From: Mobula hypostoma
Lineage: Eukaryota
NCBI RefSeq assembly: GCF_963921235.1
Contig: NC_086097.1
Span: 149,918,001 to 149,982,000, forward strand
Direction of reading: 5' to 3'
DNA: 64,000 bases
Made by a program: the position numbers and the translations under genes. Each line of letters starts with the position of its first letter. Position 1 is the first letter of the stretch. This document shows positions 26,613-38,883 of the stretch, piece by piece. Under the pieces are notes generated by a model. The model saw nothing but the letters and a program-made list of their open reading frames with translations, was not told the origin of the DNA and searched no databases.

Positions 26613-27019
26613 AGAATATCCATATCTAAAGATGGTCAAAGATACATCTTCGACTTTGATAATAAATTTCAGATAGGTTGAAGCTTTTTACTTAAGGGAG
26701 ATGACTGTGGTTGGAAAGGAAACTATACTTGAGCTTTTTCTGGCAATTTCTATCTACGCCCTTGGAGTTTGTTGCACTGCTCTGGGAAAATTAGAAGATG
26801 TCTTACTTTGATTTGGTGTTCTTACCATGAGTATTACAAGCCACTTGAGAAATTGCAATAAGGGTAATTGAGTCAGAAAATCAGAAACAATGAATGAAAA
26901 TCTAGTTGAAAAGATGATTTTTGACACAATTTATAATTGACAAGCCTGGGCAAAGAAGAATGCTGTCATGGTATTGGGCAGAAGATTACCAAGTCTGATA
27001 AGGAAGAGCCATGGTTATA

Positions 27020-28628
27020 CAGAGCCTTGAAAAGGTATTTAGGACCCACAACTATTTTCACATTTTACTGTCTTAGTTTTCTAATTTAAAATATATTGAA
27101 GTGGGATTTTTGAACTAGTTTACAAAATAATGTCAAATCAAAAGAGAAATTCCCAAACCTGTCAATAATTTATTAAAATTTAAAACCAAAATTGTGAGGC
27201 TGAAAATGTACTCATTCTCTTTGTAATTATTACACTAACTTCTCTCACGTGCAATACTGTATATTGCCTTACAAACTCACCCAATTTGTTGATGTTGAAA
27301 ACAAGAGAATCATCAGTTTTCAATTAATTCAGAAGAATAAATAACTCCTTTCTCTGTAAGGTCCAACTGTATGGTAGATTTTTAACAGATAAAAACAAAA
27401 TGAAGACAAAAAGACATTCAAGAGAAGTTAGGGAAATGATAATAGAGAAGCACAGATCTGGGGAAGGGTACTAGACCATTACAAACCCATGGAACATACC
27501 TCAGAGCTCAGTGTAGTCCATCATGAAAAAGTGGAAAAAATATGAAAGCACAGCCACACTGCTTAGTTCTGACTGCCTCTCGATACTCAGTGACTGGAGA
27601 AGCATGGCACTTGTATGATGCCAGCAGTACTCTGGGTGAGCTGCAGAAATCAGTGGCTGCAACTGGAGATGAAATTCATGGCTCCACGATCTCTAAAGCC
27701 TTGCACAAAAAAAGGTATTTGTGGAAGAGTGGCAAGGAAGATACCTTGGTTGAAAAAGAAGCTTATCCTTGCCCATAAAGACTTCGCAAAGTGTCATTTA
27801 GAAGATACTGTAAAGATGTGGAACAAGATCTTGTGGTCGGATGGGACTGAAGTGGACCTTTTTGGCTTTAGCGCTAAGTGATACATGTGGCGTAAATCTA
27901 ATACTGCGCATCAGCCAGGTAAAACCATCGCTATTGTAAAGTATGGTACCGGTAGCATCATGTTATGGGGATGCTTTTCAGCACCGGGGACTGGAAATTT
28001 GGTCAGGATTGATCAGAAGAAGAGTCCTACTAAATACAGAGATCCTGGATAAAAAACTGCAAGCCCCTGCCCGAAAAAGGAAGAAGTTCATCTTTCAAAA
28101 GGACAACAGAACAACGACCCAAAGCACACTGTCAGAGCAATCATGGATTGTCTTCAAATGATGAAAATTGATGTCTTTCAGTGGTCCATTCGAGTCCTGA
28201 CCTTAACCCAATCAAAGATCTCTGGCAAGACCTCATGATTGCTGCCCACTGCCACCCCCCAGCTAACCTGGCAACACTTGAGAAATTTTGCAAGGAGAAA
28301 TGGACTAATTTTGCTCCATCACATTGTGCAAAGCTCATAAAAACTTATCCAAAAAGACTACTGGCTGTAACGGCTGTGAGAGGTGGTTCAACTGAGCGAA
28401 GAGGCATGAATGCTTTCGAAGCACTGATATTTCAGTTTTTGAATTTATAGTTTTTCATGCTTTACAATTTTCCCTGTTTTTTGGTGGGTGGGGGAGGCTC
28501 TACTGTGAAGAAAAAGAACTATGTGACTCACAAATAAAAATTCTCAGTTAAATTGATCAAAATCCCTGATTGTAATACTCATTTATGTGAACAAAGTGTT
28601 GGAGGCTGAATACTTTTACGAGGCACTG
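27020..28628 (+). mobile_element. Tc1 transposon, full length (about 1.6 kb), transposase pseudogenised
   Basis: TA-flanked TIRs cagagccttgaaaaggtatt / aatacttttacgaggcactg; ORF remnants from 27400 MKTKRHSREVREMIIEKH..., ILWSDGTE, FQKDN, SSPDLNPIKDLW. Confidence 0.93.
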
Positions 28629-28659
28629 TATTTTAGTAGGAATTTGGATGTAATTCCGG

Positions 28660-30278
28660 AACTCAGGAAGCTGAATAGGCTAAAGGTCGATAAATCTCCT
28701 AGACCAGATGGAATGCACCCTCGTGTTCTGAAGGAAGTAGCTGTGGAGATTGCGGAGGCATTAGCGATGATCTTTCAAAAGTCGATAGATTCTGGCATGG
28801 TTCCGGAAGACTGGAAGATTGCAAATGTCACTCCGCTATTTAAGAAGGGGGCAAGGAAGCAAAAAGGAAATTATAGACCCGTTAGCTTGACGTCGGTGGT
28901 TGGGAAGTTGTTGGAGTCGATTGTCAAGGATGAGGTTACAGAGTACCTGGAGGCATATGACAAGATAGACAGAACTCAGCATGGATTTCTTAAAGGAAAA
29001 TCCTGCCTGACAAACCTATTACAATTTTTTTGAGGAAATTACCAGTAGGCTAGACAAGGGAGATGCAGTGGATGTTGTATATTTGGATTTTCAGAAGGCC
29101 TTTGACAAGGTGCCACACATGAGGCTGCTTAACAAGATAAGAGCCCATGGAATTACAGGAAAGTTACATACGTGGATAGAGCGTTGGCTGATTGGCAGGA
29201 AACAGAGAGTGGGAATAAAGGGATCCTATTCTGGTTGGCTGCCGGTTACCAGTGGTTTTCCACAGGGATCAGTGCTGGGGCCGCTTCTTTTTACATTGTA
29301 CATCAACGATTTGGATTATGGAATAGATGGCTTTGTGGCTAAGTTTGCTGACGATACGAAGATAGATGGAGGGGCTGGTAGTGCTGAGGAAACGGAGAGT
29401 CTGCAGAGAGACTTGGATAGATTGGAAGAATGGGCAGAGAAGTGGCAAATGAAGTACAATGTTGGAAAGTGTATGGTTATGCACTTTGGCAGAAAAAATA
29501 AACGGGCAGACTATTATTTAAATGGGGAAAGAATTCAAAGTTCTGAGATGCAACGGGACTTGGGAGTCCTCGTACAGGATTCCCTTAAAGTTAACCTCCA
29601 GGTTGAGTCGGTAGTGAAGAAGGCGAATGCAATGTTGGCATTCATTTCTAGAGGAATAGAGTATAAGAACAGGGATGTGATGTTGAGGCTCTATAAGGCG
29701 CTGGTGAGACCTCACTTGGAGTACTGTGGGCAGTTTTGGTCTCCTTATTTAAGAAAGGATGTGCTGACGTTGGAGAGGGTACAGAGAAGATTCACTAGAA
29801 TGATTCCGGGAATGAGAGGGTTAACATATGAGGAACGTTTGTCCGCTCTTGGACTGTATTCCTTGGAGTTTAGAAGAATGAGGGGAGACCTCATAGAAAC
29901 ATTTCGAATGTTAAAAGGCATGGACAGAGTGGATGTGGCAAAGTTGTTTCCCATGATGGGGGAGTCTAGTACGAGAAGGCATGACTTCAGGATTGAAGGG
30001 CGCCCTTTCAGAACAGAAATACGAAAAAATTTTTTTAGTCAGAGGGTGGTGAATCTATGGAATTTGTTGCCATGGGCAGCATTAGAGGCCAAGTCATTGG
30101 GTGTATTTAAGGCAGAGATTGATAGGTATCTGAGTAGCCAGGGCATCAAAGGTTATGGTGAGAAGGCGGGGCAGTGGGACTAAATAGGATAAAATGAATC
30201 AGCTCATGATAAAATGGCGGAGCAGACTCGATGGGCCAAATGGCCTACTTCTGCTCCTTTGTCTTATGGTCTTATGGT
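28660..30278 (+). mobile_element. Young 5'-truncated CR1 LINE (RT domain to tail)
   Basis: NYRPVSLTS, QHGF, YLDFQKAFDKV, PQGSVLGP, FADD, RPHLEYC; a single +1 T frameshift at 29025-29031; (cttatggt)2 tail. Confidence 0.97.
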
Positions 30279-31779
30279 AATGAGTTGTGAGCAACTAAGT
30301 TAGGATAGTGAGGAAATAGAGATAGTGCAGCACAGCATAAGTTTTCATTGACTTGCTGCATTTGAGAACCTTACAAACAGCAATAATGGACTCTGTAAGA
30401 AATAAGTGAAATTGAAGGAATACAGCTAAAATTTTAAAATGGTAAATAAGTAAGTAAATTGATAAATTTGTTTATTTTTCACCTGTACTGAGGTACAATG
30501 ACAAACATGTTTTGCATATCATTCAGAAAGATCAATTCATTATAACAGTTCATTGAGATAGTTCAAAGTAAAAGAAAGGCAGATTGCAGAATAAAGTGTT
30601 ACAGTTAAAGAGAAAATGCAGTGCGTGTAGAAAATAAAGTGCAAAGTCATACAAAGTAGATTGTGAAGTTGAAAATCCATTCTAATTCACTAGGAACTGT
30701 TCATTAGTCTTACAAGAGCAGAATATAAATGTCCTTGACTTTGGTGGTAAGTGCTTTCAGGCCTTTGTATAAATTATATTTATATATCTTTTTTCACATA
30801 AAGTGAAACATGGATTGCTGTGGGAACTTTATCAAACCAAATTCACCATAGATTACAAAGAAGAGTAGTTAACAGCATAGTAGAGTAATAGCTTTGTCAA
30901 GGGGTGGGGGGTACCTTTTTGAGAGGATTTTAAAGGAAAAATGGTCAAGTTGTTCGTGATGTACTTCCAAAGTTTGGGTCTTTGGATTAGAAAGCACGGC
31001 TGCCAATATGGGAGTGATTAAAACTGGATAAATGCAAGAGGCCAAACATGAAAGATTGTTAGGGATATTAGAGACAATCAAGGGCAACGCAATGGAGGGT
31101 AATATCGGAGAAATTTTATTTTTATCCTATCTACACTTGAGCTTTGCTGATTTTTGGACTTGTCGTTTGACCTGGCAGTTTAAAAATAAAATGCAAGTAT
31201 ATCTTAACACCTCCACTAAAAATGCTCATTCACTGAACTGAAAAAAATCTGGAAAGGGGGAAGTAAATCATTTGCTTCACCCTGAGCATGCACTCGTTTA
31301 AAATCTGCTTATGAATCTCATGACTTCCTGAGGTTATTTTTAGTCATTAAGTGTCACCAACTGGCTTTAGGAGCAACGATCACTTTATTTAAGTTCTCTT
31401 GATGAAGTGTAAATATTTAAAGACTGCTTAAGTAATGTATCAATATCAGCGTCTGACACACTGGAAAATAGCCAGCAGGTAGAAAGTGTTTATAAGCAAA
31501 AGAACAGTGAGAAGAAAGAGAGTGCAAACACATATGAACATCTCTATTCTATTGCCAGACAGACAATTGGTTCCAGTTCATCCAACACCAACAATATAAC
31601 AAAGGTCTGGTCTGTCTGAATGGACATTTGCCTGTGGCTCCCCAATAATTTGCAGCAACAACATGCATGATAGTTGCTGTCTGATTGTGAAAACTTCTGA
31701 ACTCCTGGTCATGATACAGGTTGATAACATGGTAGCAGGTAGATAACCTCCAATAGATAGATGTGGTTAGGTAAGTAAA

Positions 31780-32270
31780 TAGAAAACTGATATTCATTAG
31801 TCAGGGCATTGAATACAGAAGTGGGAAAGTTATGCTCCAACACTATACAATCTTAGTCAGACTTTAGTGGGATAACTGCATGCAGTTTGGTCTCTATGCT
31901 GTTGGAAGAATCTGATAGTAGCGGCAAAGATGCAGAGGAGACTCACCAGGAACTTGTATGTGATGGAATAGTTCAGTTATGAGGAGAGGCTGGAAAGTCT
32001 AGATCCGTTCTCTCAGAGCAGAAGAGGTTAAGGGGAAGATGACTGAGGCATATAAAATTATGAAGGGTATAGATAAAGTAGACTGGAGGAAACCTTCCTC
32101 CATAGCAGAAGTAGATAAAACTAGAAGATACAGTTTTAGATTTAAAGGCGATCAGAGGAGGAGTTTCTTCACCCAGGGAGTGGTAAGTACTGTGAATGCA
32201 ATGGCAGAGTGAGTAGTTGAATTCGGGTTGTTGATAGCATTACAGAAGTGTCCAGATGGGAAAGAATCAT
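31780..32270 (+). mobile_element. Old CR1 3' fragment
   Basis: ttcattagtcagggcattgaatacaga..cagttatgaggagaggctgga..ttcttcacccagggagtggt. Confidence 0.7.
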
Positions 32271-33952
32271 TTAGGCTTAGATAATTTCAAGTTTCATCTC
32301 TTGATTATGAGGGAAATGATAATAGTTAGCTCTTCCTCTTCTAGAAAGGTTGATTTTGCTTTTAACGCGTTAGTGCATTCTCCAGGATTTCATTTGAGCT
32401 TTATAGTTGAGTAGAATGTACCCAGCGATGTACTTCAAATTTTATTGGGGTTTAATAAAAAAGACACATGAATGTGGAGAGATTCTCCCATTTTGCTAAC
32501 CTTGTCTTATATGAAGGAAATATTGTATTTGGTGTGTGCTATTTGAAGAGAAACAATGTTGACCTTAGAGCCTTTGAATGGCCTAATCCTGCTTCATCTT
32601 GTGTTCTCATTTATAACAATTTATTTTTATTACAAATTAAATGGATGTTAATTGTATGTGTTGTCAGAGTGCACTTAAATGACGAAAAATCCACCACACT
32701 TCTGACAGGTGGCTTAAAGGTAATGGAAAGACATGGGGAATCAGATGACGATCAAGGAAGACACAACTTTTGCTGCACACAGTACAACGATAAATAGCAC
32801 AAAGAGGTATGGTTTGTCTAATATGACAGCAACACTAAATCTAGACCAGCTCCTCTGTCACTAAAGGAAGAATGCTTGAACTTATACGTAACCTTCATTG
32901 TCCTCAAGTGGTTCCAAAGCGGTCCAAAAATAATACACAGTAAAAAAATAATCAGGTACTGTTTCATAAGAATGTTGGAGATAAACACACAAGCTTGCAC
33001 TTCTAGTCGTGTGAAGATTACCTATTGTTGTTATCCTGTGCCTAATTGTTCATGCTTTTCTGCATTCTGGCACAGAATGCTTTGTTTTCTGATGTGTAAT
33101 GAGTTCAATTTCTCTTCAAAGAAAATGCAATGTTATCATTCTCTAAATAGCTGCCTGGCAAAAAAAAATGAGTCCTTTGAAAACAAAAGAAAGAATGTCA
33201 TAATAATTCAACTGGGAACATATTTCTAGATTTCTACAGGGCTATTTAAAAAGAGCAGGAGTTTCTCCCAAATTACAGCCAGCCTTGTTTTCTATGATAA
33301 GACCTTTGTAAAGATTTCCTAATTAGTCATCTCACTTCTTTGTAGTTCATGTTATACTTTGAAAGATTACTATCTCAGTTCCAATCATTTATCATTACAT
33401 AATCTCATTCGTTTTGTTATTGAGGAGAATATTCTTGAGGTGTTTTACCTTTTTGCGTTGTCAACTCCACATGAGTAAACAATAAGGGTTTCACAAGCAT
33501 TCAAGTTGTGTTTGGCTTTTGGCAGAGATATCTCTTCCAAAGTGAATTCCTTGCTTTTATTATAGTGGGATGGAAATATTTTAATGACTTTGGGTCTCAT
33601 CTTGAACACCAGAAGTATTTCATCTCCTCTGCTACAAACTGGAGGTGAAAGATCACAATCTGCTTTTTATAAGCTGAAGGGATATATGCTTATATTTGTC
33701 AGACTAATTCAGTGAAGAATTTCTTTCACTCTTTTGTGAACTGTCATGGAAAGTGATGAGGGAAATGCGTCATTGCATGTCTTGTGAATTGTTTGGGTGA
33801 CATAAGGACTGTGGCTGAATAAATGACATTGAAGTCTGAGATGTGGGTGAATGGCTGGAAGTGATGTATGTAGTGGGAAAGGGTGGGAGTGTGGTGGTAT
33901 ACATGAATGTTAGGCATGTATCTTGATGGAGATTGCTATTCCTTAGTATCAT

Positions 33953-34115
33953 GCAACACACAGAAAACGCTGGAGGAACTCAGCAAGCAGGGCAGGATCT
34001 ATGGAAAAAAATACAGTCAATATTTCGGACCGAGACCCGGCCTGCTAAGTTCCTCCAGCGTTTTCTGTGTGTTGCTTGGATTTCCAGCATCTGCAGATTT
34101 CCTCTTCGGTGTGTG
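33953..34115. mobile_element. Palindromic Penelope-like terminal repeat
   Basis: gcaacacacagaaaacgctggaggaactcagc / gctaagttcctccagcgttttctgtgtgttgc inverted arms. Confidence 0.8.
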
Positions 34116-34651
34116 TCATGGAGTAGGCTGTGAAACTAATTGTGTAGTTGCTTGGGAATGGGATTTGTGACAGCACCATATACATTACATGTTGTAAGTA
34201 TAATATAGATTATACTACCTGAAAGAGTCAAAAGGTATTCACACAATGGAAAAGAATTAGTTATTTAACAGAAGAAAAAAACGTACAAAATGTAGGGATC
34301 AAGAAACTGATTAAAATATCTCTTTCAAAGGACGATTAAAGACATGATGGACAAATAACATCCTATTGAATCCGGTGGATTTATGCTGCTGGTGTGTGTA
34401 ATGACTACTGATTCACTGTATACCATGAAAATTAGGTTACCATTGTAAAGCTGCTGCTCACAAAATTTGAAAGGTGTAGTTCTGCTGCATTGTGAGAGCA
34501 GGTGCCTGGGAGAATTTTGTCCTTCCTTTGTAAACTGAGCATTAAAATAAAACTGCAACAAATGAAACCTCCATATGGATAGAGTCTTTCTTGTCATACA
34601 GATGTAATAAAATTTCCCACCGCGTAATTTGAACAAGCGCAGGAAGAATGA

Positions 34652-35057
34652 GAATCAAAATCAGGTTTAATATCACTATCCTGTTGTGAAATTTGTTAAT
34701 ACATCATAGTATAGAAAAATTAATTAATTAATTAATTACAGTGAGTATATATATATGTATATTAAATAGTTAAATTAAAACAGAAATAATAAAAAAATTT
34801 GAGGTAGCAATAGAAATTGTATGGCAGAGGGGAAAAAGCTGTTCCTGCATCGCTGAGTGTGTACATTTAGGTTTCTGTACCACCTTCCTGACAGTAGCAA
34901 TGAGAAGAGGCCATGTCCTGGTGATGGGGGTCCCTAATAATGGATGTCGCCTTTCTGAGGCATCACTCTTTGAGGTGTCTTAGATACTGCGGAGACTAGC
35001 ACCCATGATGGAGCTGACTAATTTTATAACTTTCTGTAATCCTCTTTCAATCCTGTT
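34652..35057 (-). mobile_element. Rex1/Babar 3' fragment
   Basis: gaatcaaaatcaggtttaat tail; similar to 19934-20340. Confidence 0.8.
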
Positions 35058-35689
35058 ACCCAGACCACAATCACTTCTTTAGAGTGTCCAGTTATTTCAT
35101 CATTGCTGTTTTTTATACCTTTATTGTGTGACAACTGAACGCTGCAGCTCCTTCTATTATAACAACACAACACTAAAATTCAGTTAATTGGATGAGTTTG
35201 TGTAAAGTGCTATATAAAAGTAAAGAAACAATAAAAACTGCAATAGTTTGGTTGTGGAATGTGTTGGAACTACTGACGACAAAGGAGGGTATGTATACAT
35301 TCAAATTTTCGTCCTTTAATGACAGAGGTACTGCTTCAGATATAGCATTGCTGCCAGAGTAAACAAAACATCTATACGTTTTAAGGTATGGAAAACACAC
35401 CTAGAAGGCTTTAGGGGCCTTTTACAACGTTATACTGTTGGTGTCATTTGGATAGACAAAAATATTTCCAAAGAATCTTAAATTTATGGATGAAAACTAC
35501 TTAAGCCTATCCTTATACCTTCCAATTTATTTTCGCAACATTTGTTTTTCAGCCATTTCATTTTAAATGGCATCGGGTTGTCCATGGCGATAAACTACAT
35601 CTGAGGAGCAGTGATTTCTGATGCTTAATTGCTAAGGATAAGCTATAATTTGAATATAATTTTAATTCATCCAATTATTTCAGATGATC

Positions 35690-36920
35690 ATGTGGAAATC
35701 CATCTGAGAAACACCATTATAATATCAGCCATTTGCCAATTCCCTGACCTGTCTGTCCCTGGCATTCTCCACTGCCAGCATAAGGCCAAACAGACACTTG
35801 AAGAAAAATTCATATTCTACACAGATAGTCTATAAACCAATGCTATGAACATTGAATTTTGTAATTTGAATTAACATGCATCCCACTTCTTCAGATCCAG
35901 CTAGGTTCTCTCACCTCTTTTTCCTCCCCTGCCCCCCAAATCCTCATCACCCATTGTGTTGTCCTCACCCACCATGTTCTACCTACCTATCACCCACACA
36001 CTTAACCTACTGAGTTTCCTACCCTCTCCCCCAATGGGCCAATCTTCTCATCATCCCTCCCTTATCTGGTTCCACATTACCATCCTTACTTATCAGATTC
36101 CTGTATCTGCAGACTTTTGAGTCTCCACTTAACATCTTTCAGCCCCTGTCTCTACCTTTATCCTTTCCTCCTCCACCTCCATATGCCCCTTTTCTCTCTC
36201 CTTAACCATCTTTACCTGTCATTTACCAGTCATTGTCTCCCAACTCCACCCTTCCTCCTTTTCCATTTATTTTCATCTACCCATCTTTCCCCTCCTCATG
36301 GTTCAACCTGCTAGATTTGAACTGAAATGTCAATATTGACTGTATCTTTTGCCATCTCCTATCACTAAATACATCTTTCCCTCCCCCATTCTCCACTTTC
36401 TGCAGTTATTGCTCTCTACATGTCTTCCTTGTCCACTTGTCCATCCCCACTGATCTCCTTCCTGGCACTTAACCATGCAAGCAGAGCAACCATTTTAATC
36501 CTACTTCACATTCTCATCCCAACATGTCTGTCCAGATCCTTGTCTACTGCCAAGATGAAGGCTACTGTCATGTTGGAGGAGTAACACTTCATATTCACTC
36601 TAGGTAGCCTCCAACCTGATGGCAAGAACATCAGTTTCTCAATCTTCAAGTAATTTCTCCCCCTTCCCCTTCTCTATTCTTTTCATTCCCCACTCTGGCT
36701 CCCCATTACCCCTTCTCTTCTTCTGTCCTGCTCATCACCTCCCTCTGGTGATCCTCCTCCTTTCCTTTCTCCCATGGTCTACTCTTCTCTCCTATCAGAT
36801 TCCTTCTTCTTAAGCCCTTTACCTCTTCCACCTATCACCTCTCAGCTTCTTACTTCAATCCCACCCCCACCCACCCACATTCTCCCTCACCTGGTTTCAC
36901 CTATCACCTGCCATCATATA
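35690..36920 (+). mobile_element. Cluster of decayed Penelope-like 3' fragments (GIY-YIG C-terminus plus pyrimidine-rich UTR)
   Basis: ttggaggagtaacacttcatattcactctaggtagcctccaacctgatggc matches the reverse complement of 62140-62200 and 49600-49650. Confidence 0.7.
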
Positions 36921-37129
36921 CTTTTCTCCCCCCAATATTCGATGCATATGACATTCAAATCCATCCCTCTTTTACTCCTTGGCAATTCTTGCCAACTCAT
37001 AGATTGCACACAAAGACATCTATCATACTTTGGCAACCATTATTCTACGTGCCCAATTGTAAACTTCATTATTTTAATCCCTAATACAATATCCATCATA
37101 TTAACAGTCATGATAATTATACCATGACA

Positions 37130-37412
37130 TCTGAACTGAGGCTGTGGCCTGCAACTAACGGGCTCCTGGATTGGCTGTGACTGGCTTTGTGGCCATGAAC
37201 TCACTTTCGTGAACTTCAGTTCTGAATGTTATTTGCTTACTTTTATTGTTTGCACATTTTGATTTTTTTTCCCCTGCACATTGGGTGTTTGACAGTCTTT
37301 TTTTAATGGGTTTTATTGTTGTTTCGTTGTTTTGTGGCCGCCTGCAAGGAGATGAATCTCAAGGTTGTATATAGTATACATACTTTGATAATAAATGTAT
37401 TTTGAACTTTGA
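37130..37412 (+). mobile_element. Short non-autonomous retroelement with Rex-type tail
   Basis: gaatctcaaggttgtatat..tactttgataataaatgtattttgaactttga tail. Confidence 0.55.
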
Positions 37413-38575
37413 CTATTAATTGTTCCTGTGAACTCCATGTATGTGCCATCATATTGTCCACTTAATTGCTCTCATCACAGAGTATCAGTAAATACAACCC
37501 ATTATCACCCCTAACTTCATGGAGATACACCAGTTCACAGCAATGGAGAAAGAGAAGTGGAAGGTGGACACCACAAAGGTTGAATGTACTTTGCTTTGCA
37601 TGCCATCCATGCAGAACATTTAATCTTATCAGTACATTGAATAGGTACAAGGGACAAACAGTAACGAAGTGCAGTTACACAGAAAGTACACTGCAAGCAG
37701 ACAATAAGGTGCAAGAACAGAAAAATGTAGATTGTGTGGTCAAAGAGTCCATCTCATCATACAGGCTTAAGTTTCATGTGAAACAATACTTTGTTCTCAT
37801 GACCTTCAGAATGGGCAATAGAATAGAAAAGCTGATGTGCTAAATCTTTGGAGGGCTTGTCCAGAAAGACTTGGCTGAGGATTGCAAAATATTAGCATAC
37901 ATAGAAAGTCTGGTGCAGATGCATCTGGAAACACTTGGTGCATTATCCAGCCTGCATGATAGAATGCAGGATCTGTCAAGGGGATGGTCATTTTCAGCCC
38001 TTCACAGAGCTTTATACAAGCCATAAGCAGATCATTTTGGCCTTGGCTCTATTTCAGAGACAAGCAATATTGACACTCCGAAGGTTCAGCAGCTGATGCA
38101 GCAGATTTCCGCTTAAATGGAGGGACAATTAGAACACTGCTTTCTGGCATCCAGCCAGTGACTGCTGTTACGCTTGAGCAGAGCAATTGGTAAATGAGTA
38201 AATCTGGAGAGAGCAGCTTGCAATGAGTCGCCACAGTCCAGTGCCATCTTGCATCATAACCCACTTTTGAATAGATTATAACTAGCAGGGGCTGGCTCAC
38301 TGCTTTGTGAGAACAACTCCCCTGTGTTGATAAGGGTTTGGAAGCATTGATATCAGATGAAATCATGGATTTCTTAGATCTGCTCTGGCAGTGAGGAGCA
38401 GCTCTCTTCCATCAGTGGTTCTCAAATAACATCTTTGCATGTGGCCTACATTCAGCCTGCCTAAGGCCCAGACTCTCAATTCAAGATGCTGCAGCAACAT
38501 CCAACATGCCTAGGGCCAAACCTGCTTCGAGTTGTCTTTCTCAGCTATCGAAATCCAGCATCTGAAAAGGGGGAG

Positions 38576-38883
38576 TGTCATGAGCCCTGCGGACCTCTGC
38601 ACCTGTATTTGTTAATCGCTCTCTTATCTAGAGTTGTTAAGCCCTCGAGCTTTCTGTTTAATCTTGCTAAATTTATTTTGACTGGCAAAAGTTTTCTTGT
38701 GTACTGTGATTATTTAAAGTGGACTCTCGATTTGCACTTATCCTTGAGTTTTGAGAATGAAACTCGTGTTGCATTGATGTTCTGCTGCAATTCTTATGAA
38801 TAAGCTCTTGTTTCTGTCTCTACATGAGAGCCTGTCATTCCTCTGCACCTGGGTTCAGTCGTCTATCGGTGCACACCGTGACA
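38576..38883 (+). mobile_element. Gypsy-like LTR, probably solo (308 bp)
   Basis: TGTCA(t)G...CGTGACA termini; aataag followed by tctgcacctgggttc...cgtgaca U5-like end; flanks gggag / aggag. Confidence 0.7.

Noticed and set aside
36117..37127. Several Pro/Leu/Ser-rich ORFs
   Set aside because: Arise from pyrimidine-rich PLE UTR remnants.
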